A stretch of 44,257 nt of DNA from Elusimicrobiota bacterium (GTDB lineage: Bacteria > Elusimicrobiota > Elusimicrobia > UBA1565 > UBA9628). Under the pieces are notes generated by a model. That model did not search any database and was not told the origin of the DNA. It was given only the letters and a program-made list of their open reading frames with translations. The stretch is taken from NCBI GenBank assembly GCA_041662295.1, contig JBAZSR010000003.1, forward strand, positions 13,470 to 57,726, read 5' to 3'. Of the stretch, positions 41,443 through 44,257 are shown piece by piece. The number at the start of each line of letters is the position of its first letter. The stretch's first letter is position 1. Position numbers and translations under genes: made by a program.

Positions 41443-41514
41443 GGGCTCGTAGCTCAGGGGTAGAGCACACGCTTGATAAGCGTGGGGTCGGAGGTTCGAG
41501 ACCTCCCGGGCCCA
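41443..41514 (+). tRNA. tRNA-Ile (anticodon GAT)
   Basis: Cloverleaf folds by hand: acceptor GGGCTCG/CGGGCCC, anticodon loop CTTGATAAG, T-arm GGAGGTTCGAGACCTCC. CCA not encoded. Confidence 0.93.
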
Positions 41515-41553
41515 TGTTTTTCAGCGGTTCCGGAGGCTGGGCAGCCGATTTCA

Positions 41554-41626
41554 GGGCTCATAGCTCAGCTGGGAGAGCGCCTGCTTTGCAAGCAGGAGGT
41601 CGCCGGTTCGAATCCGGCTGGGTCCA
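41554..41626 (+). tRNA. tRNA-Ala (anticodon TGC)
   Basis: Acceptor stem with G3:U70 identity pair, anticodon loop CTTTGCAAG, T-arm GCCGGTTCGAATCCGGC. CCA not encoded. Confidence 0.93.
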
Positions 41627-41647
41627 CGGAGCGGCACGACAGATTTT

Positions 41648-41660
41648 CGTTCATTGACAA
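41648..41660 (+). promoter_or_regulatory. Second boxA-like element in the tRNA-23S spacer
   Basis: CGTTCATTGACAA; same core as the leader copy. Confidence 0.45.
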
Positions 41661-41795
41661 TCGGCGTTCCAACACCTCGATGCACCGTATCCTGTAAAGA
41701 CCCCGAAAGGGGGCGGGGAGCGGCGAGCGGAGGGAAGGAGAACATAGAAGCGTCTCACTGCCGTATTCTGCATTGCAGAGTGCGATGGAAGAATA

Positions 41796-44257
<2,462 letters not shown>

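Overview
High-GC bacterial chromosomal window with diderm-type content (OmpA-family protein, HldD-like heptose epimerase). Left to right: (i) A minus-strand five-gene operon: secreted Asp/Arg/Glu heptad-repeat protein, PqqD-like protein, ATP-grasp ligase, PLP-dependent decarboxylase, and a urea-transporter-like membrane domain fused to an M23 peptidase (last gene cut by the window edge). It is divergent from an ECF sigma / FecR-type anti-sigma pair, and the same TAAACC-N15-CGTCT promoter-like motif faces both ways. (ii) Two mosaic paralogues of a small coiled-coil protein inside ~0.42-kb direct repeats that bracket a decayed caspase/FGE-domain gene. (iii) clpC, a class-A beta-lactamase-like serine hydrolase, recA, xerD, an OmpA/TSP3 protein and an RRM RNA-binding protein. 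(iv) Two thiolase paralogues, each abutted by a 65-67-nt perfect palindrome. (v) A glycosylation cluster (two GT-C-type membrane proteins, GT4, GNAT), then a secreted TPR-CHAT protein with a thioredoxin-fold lipoprotein lacking CxxC. (vi) A response-regulator diguanylate cyclase divergent from an F1Fo ATP synthase operon (atpZ-I-B-E-F-H-A-[orf]-[hldD-like]-G-[PilZ]-D-C) that carries three embedded non-ATPase genes. (vii) An rRNA operon: sigma70 promoter, boxA, 16S, tRNA-Ile(GAT), tRNA-Ala(TGC) and the first ~2.46 kb of 23S. Many long ORFs in the supplied track are GC-driven antisense or out-of-frame artefacts. The best candidate for an undescribed system is (i). All calls rest on reading the sequence and translations by eye; no database search was run.
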